The notes below the pieces were generated by a model that saw only the letters and a list, made by a program, of their open reading frames with translations, was not told the origin of the DNA and did not search any database. The translations under genes and the position numbers were made by a program. From Schizochytrium sp. TIO01 (Eukaryota; Protista; Bigyra: Labyrinthulomycetes), in contig SMSO01000035.1 of assembly GCA_004764695.1 (NCBI GenBank), forward strand, positions 4,104,040 through 4,168,039: a stretch of DNA of 64,000 bases, in the 5' to 3' direction. Shown in pieces: positions 10,177-23,200 of this stretch. Position 1 is the first letter of the stretch; each line of letters begins with the position of its first letter.

Positions 10177-13100
10177 ATGCAAACTATTCGACGGGTCTCA
10201 AAAGCTGTCGTCCACAAAGTCAGCCCTGGACTCATACGTGCACACGCACAACAGGATTATAGGCAAAATCCAGATGATCAAGAGGTAGATGAATATTTGA
10301 AAAACCTAAGGCAGATACCTCGCGAAGCTGATGAAGAGCCTATAATCAAACCAATTGCCGTAAGGAGGCTCTCGCAAGAGCAACAGAGCTTACGTGCGAA
10401 GCTTCTGAAAGCATCCACCCCGGCGGCAATAGCTCGAATTCAAATCTTTGAAAGATGGACACACGCGTACTTAATGCTGCAACTGGCAGCCATTGCAGTT
10501 CTCGCTGTCGCCTTGTTATTAATTGGTTACTTTGGCAACAAAGCAGCTAGTGAAAACGACGTCGGGGCATTCCCATACAAGATCATGACAACATTTGGAG
10601 TATTGACGATACTTTCTTCCCTCATTGGGATTTATGGAGCTTCTCGTGTTAAGAGAGACCTACTCAAGGATGATGATGGGATGGGAACTCCCGGACAACA
10701 AATGCTTCAAGTCTTCTTTCACGTATGCTTTGCGTTTACAATGGTTGCTTTTCCAACGTCCCTTGCACTTTTAACAGACCGAGATGCGTTCCTTAAAGAA
10801 GGTGCTTTTGGAGAACTTGAAGGTCTGGCGACAGCTGGAGCATGTATTATTATAGTGATCTCGCTGACCATGTTTGGATCCATGCAGCGTACAATCCAAA
10901 TTGTTACCGTATATGAAATGACGCATAGCTTTCTAGAGTCATTTTCAACGTTGCTGGTAGGTCTTGGTATCATTGGGCTACTTGTGGCCTTTTCGCTACT
11001 AGACTTTGGCCAGTTCTTTGGAAATGACTCAAGCGATTCTAGTAGCACAGGTTTTCTGAAAGCACTCTATGTCTTTATATCTTTATGCGCAGCCCTGATA
11101 GTCCTCAGCGTTCTTGGTTACGGGTCTGCTTTGATCGAGCACCCAGGTATGCTCAAATTACACTTTGTTTCCCTTGGAATGCTCTCAATTTGTGTACTTG
11201 CTGTGATGATATCTTTTGCAGTGACGGACATGAACTCTCTCATTCTCAATAGCTGCAGAAGTATCCTGCAAGTCATGTCAGAAGATTGGTGGAACAGCAC
11301 TGTGAGCTGTGCCAAGTACGGAGGCGCAGCTATGGGTGCGCAAATTGAGATTTATGACGAAAGTTCGGATACATACAGTTATGTATCTAGTGGTGTTGGA
11401 ACCTCGGCAACTTGCCCTGACCTCTCTCAAAATGCATTTGCATGGGAGTATTATGATGCAGATTCTTCCAATGCCACTGTCCTAGAAGGTTGCTTGAATA
11501 CAGCATGCTGTCAGACGTTGGCCAATGATTTACAACAGCATCGCCTCATGATTATCTACGGGTCATTTGTTCTATTTTTCTGCTGCATCGTCGCTATGGT
11601 AGCTGATTGGTGGCTTGTGCGGAACAAACCTCCAAAGCGAGGTCGCGTCAAGCTTATATCGAAAAGGCGTGCTCAGTTACTTTTGGTTTGTATTTTGCTT
11701 ATGATTATCGGATTTGTTGTGGCGTTCACATTATACTTTAACAATATCGCTCAAACTACAAGCGCAAGTACAGTTTCACAACAGCTTCAAGATCAAGCAT
11801 TTGCAGATTCAAATTATACATACGCAGAGACAGCTGTGCACCTTTGTAGTAATGGGATCCGCGACGGAAACGAAACAGACGTAGACTGTGGAGGATCTAC
11901 CAAGAACGGTGGTTGTTCTTCTCGCTGTAAAGTGAGTAAGCAATGTTTGGTCAACTCTGATTGTACCACAGCCAAATGTGACAACAGCACTTTTCTGTGC
12001 CGAAAAGAGACTGCTTGGGAGAAGTGTAATAATGGATATCGCGATGGCTCAGAGACTGGTGTCGACTGCGGTGGCAGTGATTGTCGTACACTCTTGTTAG
12101 AATTAATTGAAGACGGCGACATTGACGAATCCTCGGAAGAGGCCGAGCTGAGTTTTCTCTGCTCTTTAAAAGAATCTTGTAGTGTTGACGGAGACTGCTC
12201 ATCAAAGTATTGTGACAATGGAAAATGCGCAAGTTGTCAGGATAATATCAAAAACTCAGATGAAGGAGATGTTGACTGTGGCTCGGCTCGTTGCGTTGAG
12301 TATTATGAGACCTATCCTGAAGAGTCACCATCAATGTATGCTCGAAACGGGACAACGCCAAAAGCTGATTCTGAGGGCCTGTGCATTGATGGAAGTACTT
12401 GTACAAGCGCCTCTCAGTGTGCAAGCGGGGTGTGCAATCAAGAATACGGTGTCTGCGTGTCATGCTCAAATGGTATTCAGGATGGAGATGAAACAGGTGT
12501 CGACTGTGGCGGTAAGATTTGTCAACGGCGCTGTGCTGTTGGAGATGGTTGCAGGCAACAGTACGACTGCCATACTCAACGTTGTACGTCAAATTGTTCG
12601 TCTGGTTTTTGCGGGACAGGAATCTGTGAAGCTCTTTTCACTGAAGATGATTTATTGGATCAAGATCTTCCTGATCTTGAGGCTTATTCTATGATCCAGG
12701 TTGAATGCACTGACGGAGAGCGAAGCTCTCATGAAACTGATGTGGATTGTGGAGGGTCTCTTTGCACATTAATTGGCCTCACCTGTGATGATGGTATGTC
12801 TTGTACGGAACACCGTGACTGTAGTTCTTCCATGTGCTATGGTGGATTTTGTGTTTCCTGTGACAATGATATCTTTGACGGACAAGAGACAGATGTTGAT
12901 TGTGGTGGATCTGTATGCTCAAAACGATGTTCGGTAAACCAAACCTGTTCTGAGGATAGTGATTGCCGAACTGGCATGTATTGTTGGACAAATGAAACCT
13001 TGCAGTTTGCCATTGAGTCTATGGAGAGCCAGAATCTTACTACAGAGTTTGATCTTTCGGATACCCCCTTGCTTAATACGTGCCAGCGCACTACAAACTT

Positions 13101-16100
13101 AACTTCAAGTTCGCAAAGTGGAGTCAGTATTTCTGGTAATTCGTCTATCAATGATGCTTTTGTCCCTCCATACTTGGATTCAGGCCCAGAACAGTCTGCT
13201 ACACCAGCAAATGAAAGCGCGTTAGACACTGAAATCTCAGATGATGAAAGTCAGACGGTGGGCACCGTCACAACACGGCGTCAACTACATCGAAAACTTC
13301 TAGATCGTCGTAAGCTTTGGAGCCACTCTTCAGCAAGGAGTAGTAAAAAGAAATCATCCTCTTCCAGTTCATCAGCTCTTCGTCATCATCATCCACAACT
13401 GTCTATTCTTCTTGGCCATATCTTTGTAGTGTTGTATCAACGTATACTTCCTCAGATGATCTGCGTTTTGAAGTTGGTGACACGAACTCTGCAAGTGTAG
13501 AGGAAGTGTCTGACACAAACATTGTTGTAACTCGAAATTATGGTTCTGGCACCCCAGTCATCAATATTTACGCATCCTCTTGTAGTTCCTCTTTAGCGAG
13601 TGGTGTGACTGTGACCCGCTCAGATTCGTTACATTGGTTGTGTAGCTGGCTGTGTCTTTCAAGCGTTTCTGTTGCTTCTTTAGAAGTGTCAACTACAACA
13701 ATTCTGCAAGGCTATGTCTTAGATAGTAGCGGTAGCGCTGTTGAGAACGCATATATTCGGTTTTGGTCTCAGCGCAGGGGATCTTGTTCTGATACCTCCG
13801 GGCGCTCCTCATCGTGTGATGATGTATCCTGCTCAGACTATGACAATGTATACTCTTCATGTACAACAGATAATGAAGACTGTTGCACATGGAGTGAAAC
13901 CGATGACATTTTGGTTACATCCTGTACCGATGGGGATGCATCAACTACATCACTCGTTGATACGACTGACTCCGAAGGCTATTTTTATGTTGCTATCCCA
14001 GAGATTGAAGATTCTTCAAGTGATGCATCCAAGTTCCGGCTGACGTATACCATTTCTCACGATGATTATACTACGAACCAAGGTAATGTTGCAACGGTCA
14101 CTGTCGGCTCTACTACAACACTTTCCAATGTTACATTGGTATCTAAGTCTCTGACTGCCTGCTCTTGTTCGTCCTACGATTCTGATGACGCTAGCGGAGA
14201 ACATAAATTATGTAAGAATCCAGTCTCGGGAGCATGTCGAAGAGTAGACAACAGCCGATCATGCGCGTCTTATTCAGATCGAGAAGCGTGTGACAATACT
14301 GTCACATCTGCCCCAACAATCGCGCCAACAAAGAGCCCGACTTCAGCATACCTCACACAAGGTAATCTTGCAGATAGTGCATTGGTGTTGAACAGCAATT
14401 ATATCCTCGAATTCAACATTTCACTCCATGAAGTGTTTTCAGATTGGAGAAGTGTTCTTCGGCGTGGAACTTCTGACAATATGCGCGCCCCTGCCATTTG
14501 GATTTACCCTGATACTCCAAAATTACATGTACGAGTTTCCACAAGTTACAGCTACAATGAAGGATGCGATCCTTCTGATATTCTTGAGTATGATACTGAA
14601 TACGCAGTTAGAGTAGATGTATACCTGAATACCCTTAAAGTGTATATCAACAATGAACTTTCCTGTAGTAAGGATCTCTGGGGCACTATTGCCTACATGG
14701 ACGTGGCTGAGCCGCTGTATATATCAGCGCCAGACTATAGCCCGGCTTCATGCTCTCTTCATGATGTAGTATGGTCGAATATAACTGATCGCCCGACTCC
14801 ATCACCTACTGCAGCAATCCCGTACACAACAGTGGGATACGTGGTTGATACAATTAACTTAGGCAAAAATTGGGCGTTCTCGATGACTTTGAGCGTTTGG
14901 AGTTCCACAACCTCATGGGTTAATATTCTCCATTATGGTAACAGCAGATGGGACGAGCGTCTTTGGGTTGTATGGGTGCTACCTGGGACGACCAAACTAG
15001 CTATACGTCTAAACACTGTGTCGAATAAAGACATTGGTTGTGATACAGCTGAAGCACTTACAATCGGCCAGGAATACAATATATACTTCGAAGTATTTGC
15101 AGAGAAACTCGAAGTGTATATCGATGACCAACTATCTTGCTCCAAAGAGCTTTACGACGAAAATTATGCGAGTAATGGAAAGGAAAATCTCTATATGAGT
15201 GGTCCTTGGTATGCTGCAGCGCCAGTAAAAGCCACAAACCTTGCATGGACAAATATTACAGACCGCCCTACCCCTGCGCCAACTAGCTACCCTCAGCTTA
15301 CTCAAGGAAATGTTGTTGATGTTGTGACATTAGGAAAAAGCTGGTTTATGGATTTTGACGTCACTCTGTACAAAAAAACATCTGTGTGGACTAACCTAAT
15401 TCAGGTTGGAAACCAAGATTCTTATCGAGGACCTGCAGTTTACTTTTACCCATCGTCGACACGTCTTCATGTTCGAACAGGAATTGTTGATGCTTACAAT
15501 GCGGGTTGTGACCCTCCAAACTACCTTGAGATTGGCCAAGAATACCATGTTCGACTTGAATTTATGATTGACTCCCTCGAGGTGTTTCTCGATGGCACAA
15601 GTGTTTGCCAAATAACATTTTTATCTTCGTTTCAGGTTAGAACAGATCAGAATGTTTATATCTCGAACCCCTGGACGGAACCAGCAAAAGCAACTGTATC
15701 TGCTATCTCATATGGAAATTTGACCAACACTGCAACACCAGCGCCAACGGCTCCTCGTCTCTCATCTGGCAATGAACTTTTCGGAGTTACGCTGAGCACA
15801 AGCTGGATAATGAGCTTTGACGTTATTGTGTACAAAAAGCAAACAGCAACTGCGACACTGATTCAAGTGGGAGAGAGTATTCAACAACGTGTCCCATTCG
15901 TTGGATTATTGCCCTATTCATCTTCACTTCAGGTGCGGCTTTCTACAACAGACTATTGGAACGATGGGTGTAGTGTCGATGCACAACTTGAACTTGATCA
16001 ATCATATCATGTAGAAATTCGACTGATCGCACAGATTTTGTCAGTCTATATCGATGGTCAGCTTGCATGCCAAGAAGCTCTTTCAGCACCTATGATTGAA

Positions 16101-19100
16101 TACGGATATCTGCCTGTGTACAGTGCTCCTTCGTGGGGTACCCCAGCCTACGCAGATGTCTCCAGTCTAACTTTTCAGAATATTGCATGCGAAGTATGCA
16201 GCTCTGCAACCCTGCAAGTTCGTTGTGACAATTACCTTCGATTTCGACAATATGAGATTGTTAATGGTGCATATGCGCTTACAACTGCAGAGCCTTCTTC
16301 AGGGTCTTATGATATGACAGACTGGCAAAGAACATGGAGTGAGACTATTTCTATTACCTCTACGACAAAGCTCGAATTCGAGTGTAAAGACGTCGGCGTG
16401 GTCGGAGCGTTTGCAGCAAAAGTTGAGGCGTGTGGAGAGACTTTCATTACTGGAACAGACACAACATTTGAGAATACGAAAACTCCGTTTCACTTTTTCA
16501 TTAATGAGAACAAGACGGACGCATCAGAAACAAGTCTTGTTTATTATGCCATGGGCACTGGAAGATGGGGAACAACAACCAAAGGCAGTAACACGTTGCT
16601 AGACGCTAGCATTATGTGGGTGTGGAATCATGAAACATGGAACACGATGACGTTCGGATTTAACATTGGATGCCAGTTTCCGCGAACCTTGTCGCCTACT
16701 GTGGCCCCCACTGTTCTCACAGATAATCCTACTTTAACACCAACCGAAAGTCCAACGCTATCACCAACTAATTTTCCTACAGTGAACCCCACGGTATTTC
16801 CTACACAGACACCTACGGGTTATCCCACACAGGCTCCTACAAGTGCACCAACTGAAAATCCGACCAACCATCCTACACTTGCGCCAACCCAGAATCCGAC
16901 GCCTCCAACTCTCAGCCCTACATTGTTTCCAACAGGAGGTCCCACAGATGCACCAACGCCTCCAACTCTAAGCCCAACGGATGCACCAACAGATGCACCA
17001 ACAGATGCACCAACACCTAAACCAACAGATGCGCCCACAGATGCACCAACAGATGCGCCCACGGTGTCACCGACAGATGCGCCTACAATGTCTCCTACAA
17101 ACGTTCCAACGTTAAAACCTACGAACTACCCGACCCTAGCTCCAACGCTGGCCCCTACACTTAACCCAACGGATGCTCCCACAGACTCTCCGACTTTGGC
17201 ACCTACCGAATCACCAACTCCAAAGCCGACAAACTTTCCAACGTTGTCCCCCACCGATGCACCAACTCTGTATCCGACAGATGCTCCCACGCTGAATCCT
17301 ACAAACTTTCCTACTCTGAGCCCGACACAGGCACCGACACTGTCACCAACAAACTCGCCTACACCTGCTCCAACGCCACCAACACCAAGCCCTACACAAG
17401 CGCCAACAGGAGATCCCACGTTAGCTCCAACACCACCAACTCCTAAACCAACGTTATCTCCGACAAATTCACCAACGGATTCACCAACAAGCGCTCCAAC
17501 AGACTTTCCTACTGTGTCACCGACTGTATCACCAACAAATTCGCCTACCCCCGAACCTACTCAGACTCCAACTGTAAGCCCGACAGATGCACCAACAGCT
17601 AGCCCAACTCAATTTCCGACCCCTGCTTGTGGTGGCACCAGTTCTCGATTTTTTGTCGTTGCTGACTTTAACGATGGCCCTGACCCTAATGGGACCATCC
17701 AAGTTTCTTCAGATGTGAACACAGTCCCTACGATCTACTCAGACCTGAGTAGCGGCACAATTTACTTTACTGCACCTAGTACAACATCTTCGAGCACCGG
17801 GGCGTACACCGAATACGTTCTTACATTCGACGAGATGGAAACTCAGAATTTGGCCAGGTACGACCAGCTTTTGGTGAAGATCTCGACTCAATGCATTAGC
17901 AGCACAAGTAGCTGCGCTAGTCAGTCTGCAGCAATTGTTGCCATAATTCTAAATGATGAGAATAATGGGGCTGTGACAGTTTACTCCGACGCTGTAGACG
18001 CTTCAGGGGAGACGTCTATAAAACTAGACGATATCAGCCCAATGTCTATTGCAAATATCAATCAATATACTTTTCGGGTCTACCATACGGTTGGTACTCA
18101 GACACTTACTACCCTGGATCAAGTAAGCCTTTATGGGTGCACCACATCTCGACCTACTGGAGCACCATCTATTGCTCCGACCATGGCCCCCATTGACTGG
18201 TCGATCGAACCTTTTGCAGAAGTTTACATCACTATCGTTTCTCTAGATTGGATTTCAGAAGCAATCAAGGCTGTGGAAGAGCGAGTCGAGGCGGCCTCGG
18301 TGAGTGTTACAGGGTGGACTGATTTTGCATTTGTAAATCAATTTACTGCCGTTTGGAGCGAGTCCTTCGATCTTGTTGTAAGCGATGTAGACGGATGTGG
18401 ATTTGACGAAGAGGTTATGGAGCGGACACTCGCTGAGGCGCGTTGCGGAAACCTTCGTAGAGGAACCTTCTCGTCATGTAATGCATCACTCTCCTTGAGT
18501 GGTAGCGTAATTTCAGTCGTGATTGACCTGCACATTGGCACAATCGGAGATGCGTATATACTTGACAGACGAGAAACAGCACCAAGTTACGATGCAGGTA
18601 CAGGATTGTTCTTGACAGAATTACAATCATCTGTCGAAGGATGCTGGGCGGCATACTCTCTCATTGACGGACCCAGTGAAATAGTTGTGGAGGGGACGTT
18701 GACTTTTGAAATCAGTGTTTATGATCATGTAAACACTGGGGATGAAACCACAAACGCGCAAGGGGTAGGCCAACGAATTTCCGAGCTTCTCGGTGGTTCA
18801 GCAATTACGGATGATATCGGTTTGATGAAAGACATTCCAGATGCATCTAATATCACAGTAGAAACATGTCCTTCAAGCCGATTGTGCTCTAACAATGGTG
18901 TATGTTGTAGCACAGAAACGCAATACAGTATTGATTGTTCTGATGATGAGATTGGTCTTTGCATCTGCAATACTGGATGGGAAGGATTTGATTGTTCTGT
19001 AAATATGACAGACCATGTGCCCACCGCTGCTCCAACAAATACTCAGTGCATTCCTCGAGAAGCCTTTGGTGGTGAAGCTGCCTCTGAGGAAATTCTTGCG

Positions 19101-22100
19101 CTATGCGCAGAAGAAGGAGCATGCCAATCTAGTCCATTGATTTGTACTTACTGGAAGAGCGTTGATTATGATTCCGCGAATATTACTGCATGCGAGGATG
19201 GCGAATGGTTTGAGGTGTTCCATCAATTTGATTGTCAAGTGACATTTAATCTTGGTCGAACCCTCATCAATGCATTGTTTGCTCTACGGAAGATGTGGCG
19301 CTATGATATTGGGTCTGAAACATACCTTTACTATAAGTATCTTGGCAGCAGCTTACCTTCCAACTACAGTGCATATGACATGATGCTCAATGACTGGTCA
19401 AGTATGAATGGGGGACACCTTATCAACAAGAACTTCACCATTTTCTCTACAGAAGCAGATCTTGTGAACGGAACGAGTGCGTGGCAATGGAGTAACTATG
19501 ATGACGATGTTGGTTTTCCCCGAGATGCTCGACCAATTGCCAAGCAGAGTGACTTTGATAACACAAACCAGACCTGGACCAGCTACGTGACAAGTTATTA
19601 TTATAAATGGGCCAAGGCCCACTGCACTGTTTCACAGCACAAAACCGCCGTGAAGGAATTTGCATTTTCTTTATGTATTCCTGAAAGTGATTCTGCCTAC
19701 GCCACAGTTGCAGTAGACAGTGCAAATGCAACAACTACGACCGTTGAGACATATTCTGTATCTGGTCAAGTTCGGGACATACAAACAGGTAGTGGTGTAG
19801 AGGCACGTGTGCGCCTCTACCGAGGTAGAGTTACGGTTTGGGAGGGTCTAACTCCTCTTGAAAACACTGCTGCAACATTCACAACAGTGAGTGCAGAGGA
19901 CGATGCAACTGATGGAACCGCAGGTTTCACTAGTTGCATTTCGGCTATGAGCAACTCTTCATCTAACGACTCCGATGGAGTCTATCTTCAAAACAGCACG
20001 TTTAGCTTCGATCAGCTTTCAGCAGGAACATATACAATTGTTGTGAGTTACGAGGATGGAATAGTTGGTGAAACAGTCTTGAATACTGGAGCCTTTACAT
20101 CACGAGTCAAAACGTTTGAAATCTCTGACGATGACATAAGCTTATCATTAGATGTTATACGGACGTTGTCGAACAGCACCATGCTTATATTGATGGAGTC
20201 CGCCCTTGTTGATATTGATATGATTGTGGAGTTTGACTCTGTCAATTCGTCTGACAGTAGCAATTCTGCAACTACTACATGTGTTGTGAGTTCCAAACTT
20301 CTCGCTGATGGTGCATGTAGTTGTGGAAATGCTTATTTGGTCCGAAGTGATGACGAACTTCAAGCCAATGGTAAGGCCATTACAGCTGTTTACCTAGACA
20401 AAATCTATCAAACCGAGTACCGTTTCTATTTGGCTCGAACCAAACCCGTGTCATCAACAACGTATAAGAAGCATCGAGACGATGGACGATGTGGACCGAA
20501 TTACCCATTGGATAGCGGCGAGGCTGCCCAATGCCCTCCAATAGCAGTCACATGGGATGACGGCATTTCAAGTTTGCGGCCGTGCTGTCATATTCTCAGT
20601 GGACAATGTGGCTCAGGAGAAGCTTACTGTCTCACTCGATGGTCCATTGACTATCGCATGTTCCTTGATGATGACTGGATGACCGAATATCGTGAGGATG
20701 GTTTATGTAATCGTCCGGATCGCATGTATACCAAGTCTGATGATACAACGGTGCTAGCTAAATGTCCTGAAGATGCACCTTGTTGTAGCCCAAGCGCCAA
20801 ATGCGGATCTGAAAGCTACCATTGTGAGTCACTTCGTTCTATCGATTACCGTGAATTTTATGAATCCAGCAATAGCTCCTCCTCAACCAGCGTAGCGCCA
20901 ATAGAAGAATCCGAGGCAGAAATCCACATCTACTCAGGAAGTGCCCTTGTGCAAACGTACACACTGCCTGATTCATCGGTGAAACTAAATTATTTTGACG
21001 GCCATGTATATGAGACTGGAGTAGCAAGTTCTTCATCAACTTACATGCGAGCTTTCTGCATTGATGGATCGCTGTCGTCGCCACAGCTAAATGAATACCC
21101 TGCACCGCGGTATTTTGAGTGGAAGGGTCAATTACAAAGCATGTCAAATTCTTGTCCGGCCACTTCTGACTGCAGCTTTGTTCGAATTACAGGCTTGCTA
21201 GCAGCTTTTGAGCGAGCGGATGAGGTTGAGGTTCCAAACCTAAATGGGGTTTATGTTCGACGTTACGAAGACCAAGGGGGATTCAAAGCTTATGTAAATG
21301 CAGCTATAGATTTTGACTCAAGTTGCCGAGCTTTGGTGACAAGTCCGTCAGACGGGAAGCAGCGTTGGTATATCACCTTTGATGAATGGGACCCAGAGAC
21401 TTGTATGGAGCTTTGTGAAGATGATGATGATTGCCAAGCCGTTGCTGTGCGCTCTTGGATTGACAGCACATCTCAGGAAGCTCGCTACCGATGCACTTTC
21501 CATAAGAATATCCATCTGTGCCAAGGAGTAAAGACTTACACGTCTACATCTTCGGCGCGATCTGCAATGGTATATCAAAAGCGATCCTCTCTGGCATCAT
21601 CCGGTGTATGGTACTCACAAGTTTCATCAATGTTTTATGATGCGAGTGAGCAGGTGCATCTCTACCGTGATGAATCTGCAAACACTTGGTACATGGATAG
21701 TGATCTTGTGCCAGGCAATGGCTACTATGCTTCTGCAGTACCAAGTACAGAAAGCGAAACGCCTCCGGAATCTCCCTGGCGTTACGTAACAGACTTTTCC
21801 GCTCAGACCTCGAGTGCTCATACTGGGATTGTGACAGCTTTAGCGTTTGAAGAGGACTGTTTGGTGGGGGGAAACTATCCGACGCTCAATGGAACAGCAA
21901 ACTCATCAGGTTGTGCATGCTATGGCTCACACTCTTATAATTGCTACAACTTTTCTTGCAGTGCTATGCGTTTGCGTGTACAAGACACAGATATTTGCAT
22001 TGAGGCTGACCCCATATCTGGAGAGCTTATGAGCAACAAATGCGATACAGGGGAAACTGGTCAATTCTTCATCTATGACAAAAACTCAAGGCATCTGGAA

Positions 22101-22397
22101 GTGAGAGCAACGAATAATACGGACGGCATCACATACCATTATGTTGTGAGCACTGACTTCGCTTTGACACGTGTGACAAGTGCATCACAAGAAGTTACTG
22201 ATGCTTTGGAATTTGATTTAACCACGGATGGGTTTATATGCTTATATCAGGGAGATTCTGTTGCCACTTCATACACGGAAGCATCGACAGAGTATGAAAA
22301 TCAGGTTTGCGTCTTTCTAGCCTCTGCACCAGGTGATACTCCCCTGTGGGTGACTTATGATCGCCGTAGCGAATGGTCATATTTCACAGTCGTATAA
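10177..22397 (+). CDS. Giant multi-pass cell-surface protein (~4,073 aa if joined); ORFs 10177..13500 and 13506..22397 appear to be one gene with a -1 frame discontinuity
   Basis: The downstream frame is open from 13347 and continues ORF1's poly-Ser ([21 protein letters not shown]...EEVSDTN). ORF2 starts at GTG with no ATG or signal peptide. The span is 12,221 nt; adding 1 nt gives 4,074 codons. Confidence 0.8.
11845..12990 (+). repeat. Six Cys-rich protein repeats, C-x-(N/D)-G-x-x-D-G-x-E-T-(D/G)-V-D-C-G-G
   Basis: CSNGIRDGNETDVDCGG, CNNGYRDGSETGVDCGG, CQDNIKNSDEGDVDCGS, CSNGIQDGDETGVDCGG, CTDGERSSHETDVDCGG and CDNDIFDGQETDVDCGG, each followed by a Cys-rich block of the C-x5-C-x4-C type. 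Confidence 0.9.
14350..16180 (+). repeat. Four tandem ~150-aa beta-rich (LamG/concanavalin-like) domains separated by PT linkers
   Basis: Each unit has L-x-(V/I)-R...GC(D/S)...Y-x-(V/I)...V(Y/F)(I/L)(D/N)...C...Y-x-S-x-P or similar. Linkers are PTPSPT/PTPAPT/ATPAPT. Confidence 0.75.
16686..17627 (+). repeat. Pro/Thr-rich mucin-like stalk (PT-x-x tetrapeptide repeats, ~310 aa)
   Basis: PTDAPTDAPT, PTLSPT and PTNFPT runs; degenerate 12-nt DNA periodicity such as CCAACAGATGCA. Confidence 0.95.
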
Positions 22398-23200
22398 GGT
22401 TGCATGTACCCCAAAAATACTGCTCATATTATTGCTCATTAAACCAGACCAGAAAGTTGCCCTGCTGCACTCTTTTTTAAATTCAAGTATATTAACGTTT
22501 CGGAAAGTTGCTTATACCGGGAAACACGAGTTAGACATTCGTTTCCAATAGACAGAATTTTCAAGATAGAGTAGCATTCTTGGCTAAACTTATAAATTAC
22601 TAAAGAGAATTCATAGTGATAATCATGAGAAATTTAATTTATAAAATCGAGTCAAGCTGACTTCTAACTTAGCAATGTAAATTTGAGTTTGCAGGAAAGT
22701 ACAGAATCTTTTCTACACAATTTGGTTCTTCAAAATGTGATATTCTGGACGGGGGAACTTTAAATTTATCAGGTCTAGTAGATGATGATATGATGAAAAG
22801 GAACGAAAAGGAGGTAAAACAAAGGCAAAAGAAAAAGTAGGGAATACCATTCAGCGATTGGCTTTGGAGTGAAGGATACGGTTGGAAGAAAGTTGTTGGT
22901 ATGTATAATTGAAGGCATGGTGATGACTGTTATTGAAAAGTGAAAAGGGATCATAAAGATATAAAGAGGAGTGGAAGGGCGGAGGTTGAGAAAGTTGCCA
23001 CTGTCTAACAGAAGTTGGATGAGGCTTTATAAGCAATACGTATACCTTTTCAATCAGTCTAGATTTGCACTCATCATGACGAATATTCTCTAATTCAATG
23101 CTATCAGCCGAAACACAGAGCTGAGAAGTGAAAGATTAAATCGTCATGTGCAGACAGACAAAGAGACAGAGTGAGATAGACAGACTGGTTGCCACGGTCA

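Noticed and set aside
16820-17419. Antisense VGASVG-repeat ORFs
   Set aside because: Mirror of the PT-repeat coding strand.
13506-22397. ORF 13506..22397 as an independent gene
   Set aside because: GTG start, no signal peptide despite wholly extracellular-type domains, and the frame continues upstream into ORF1's poly-Ser.
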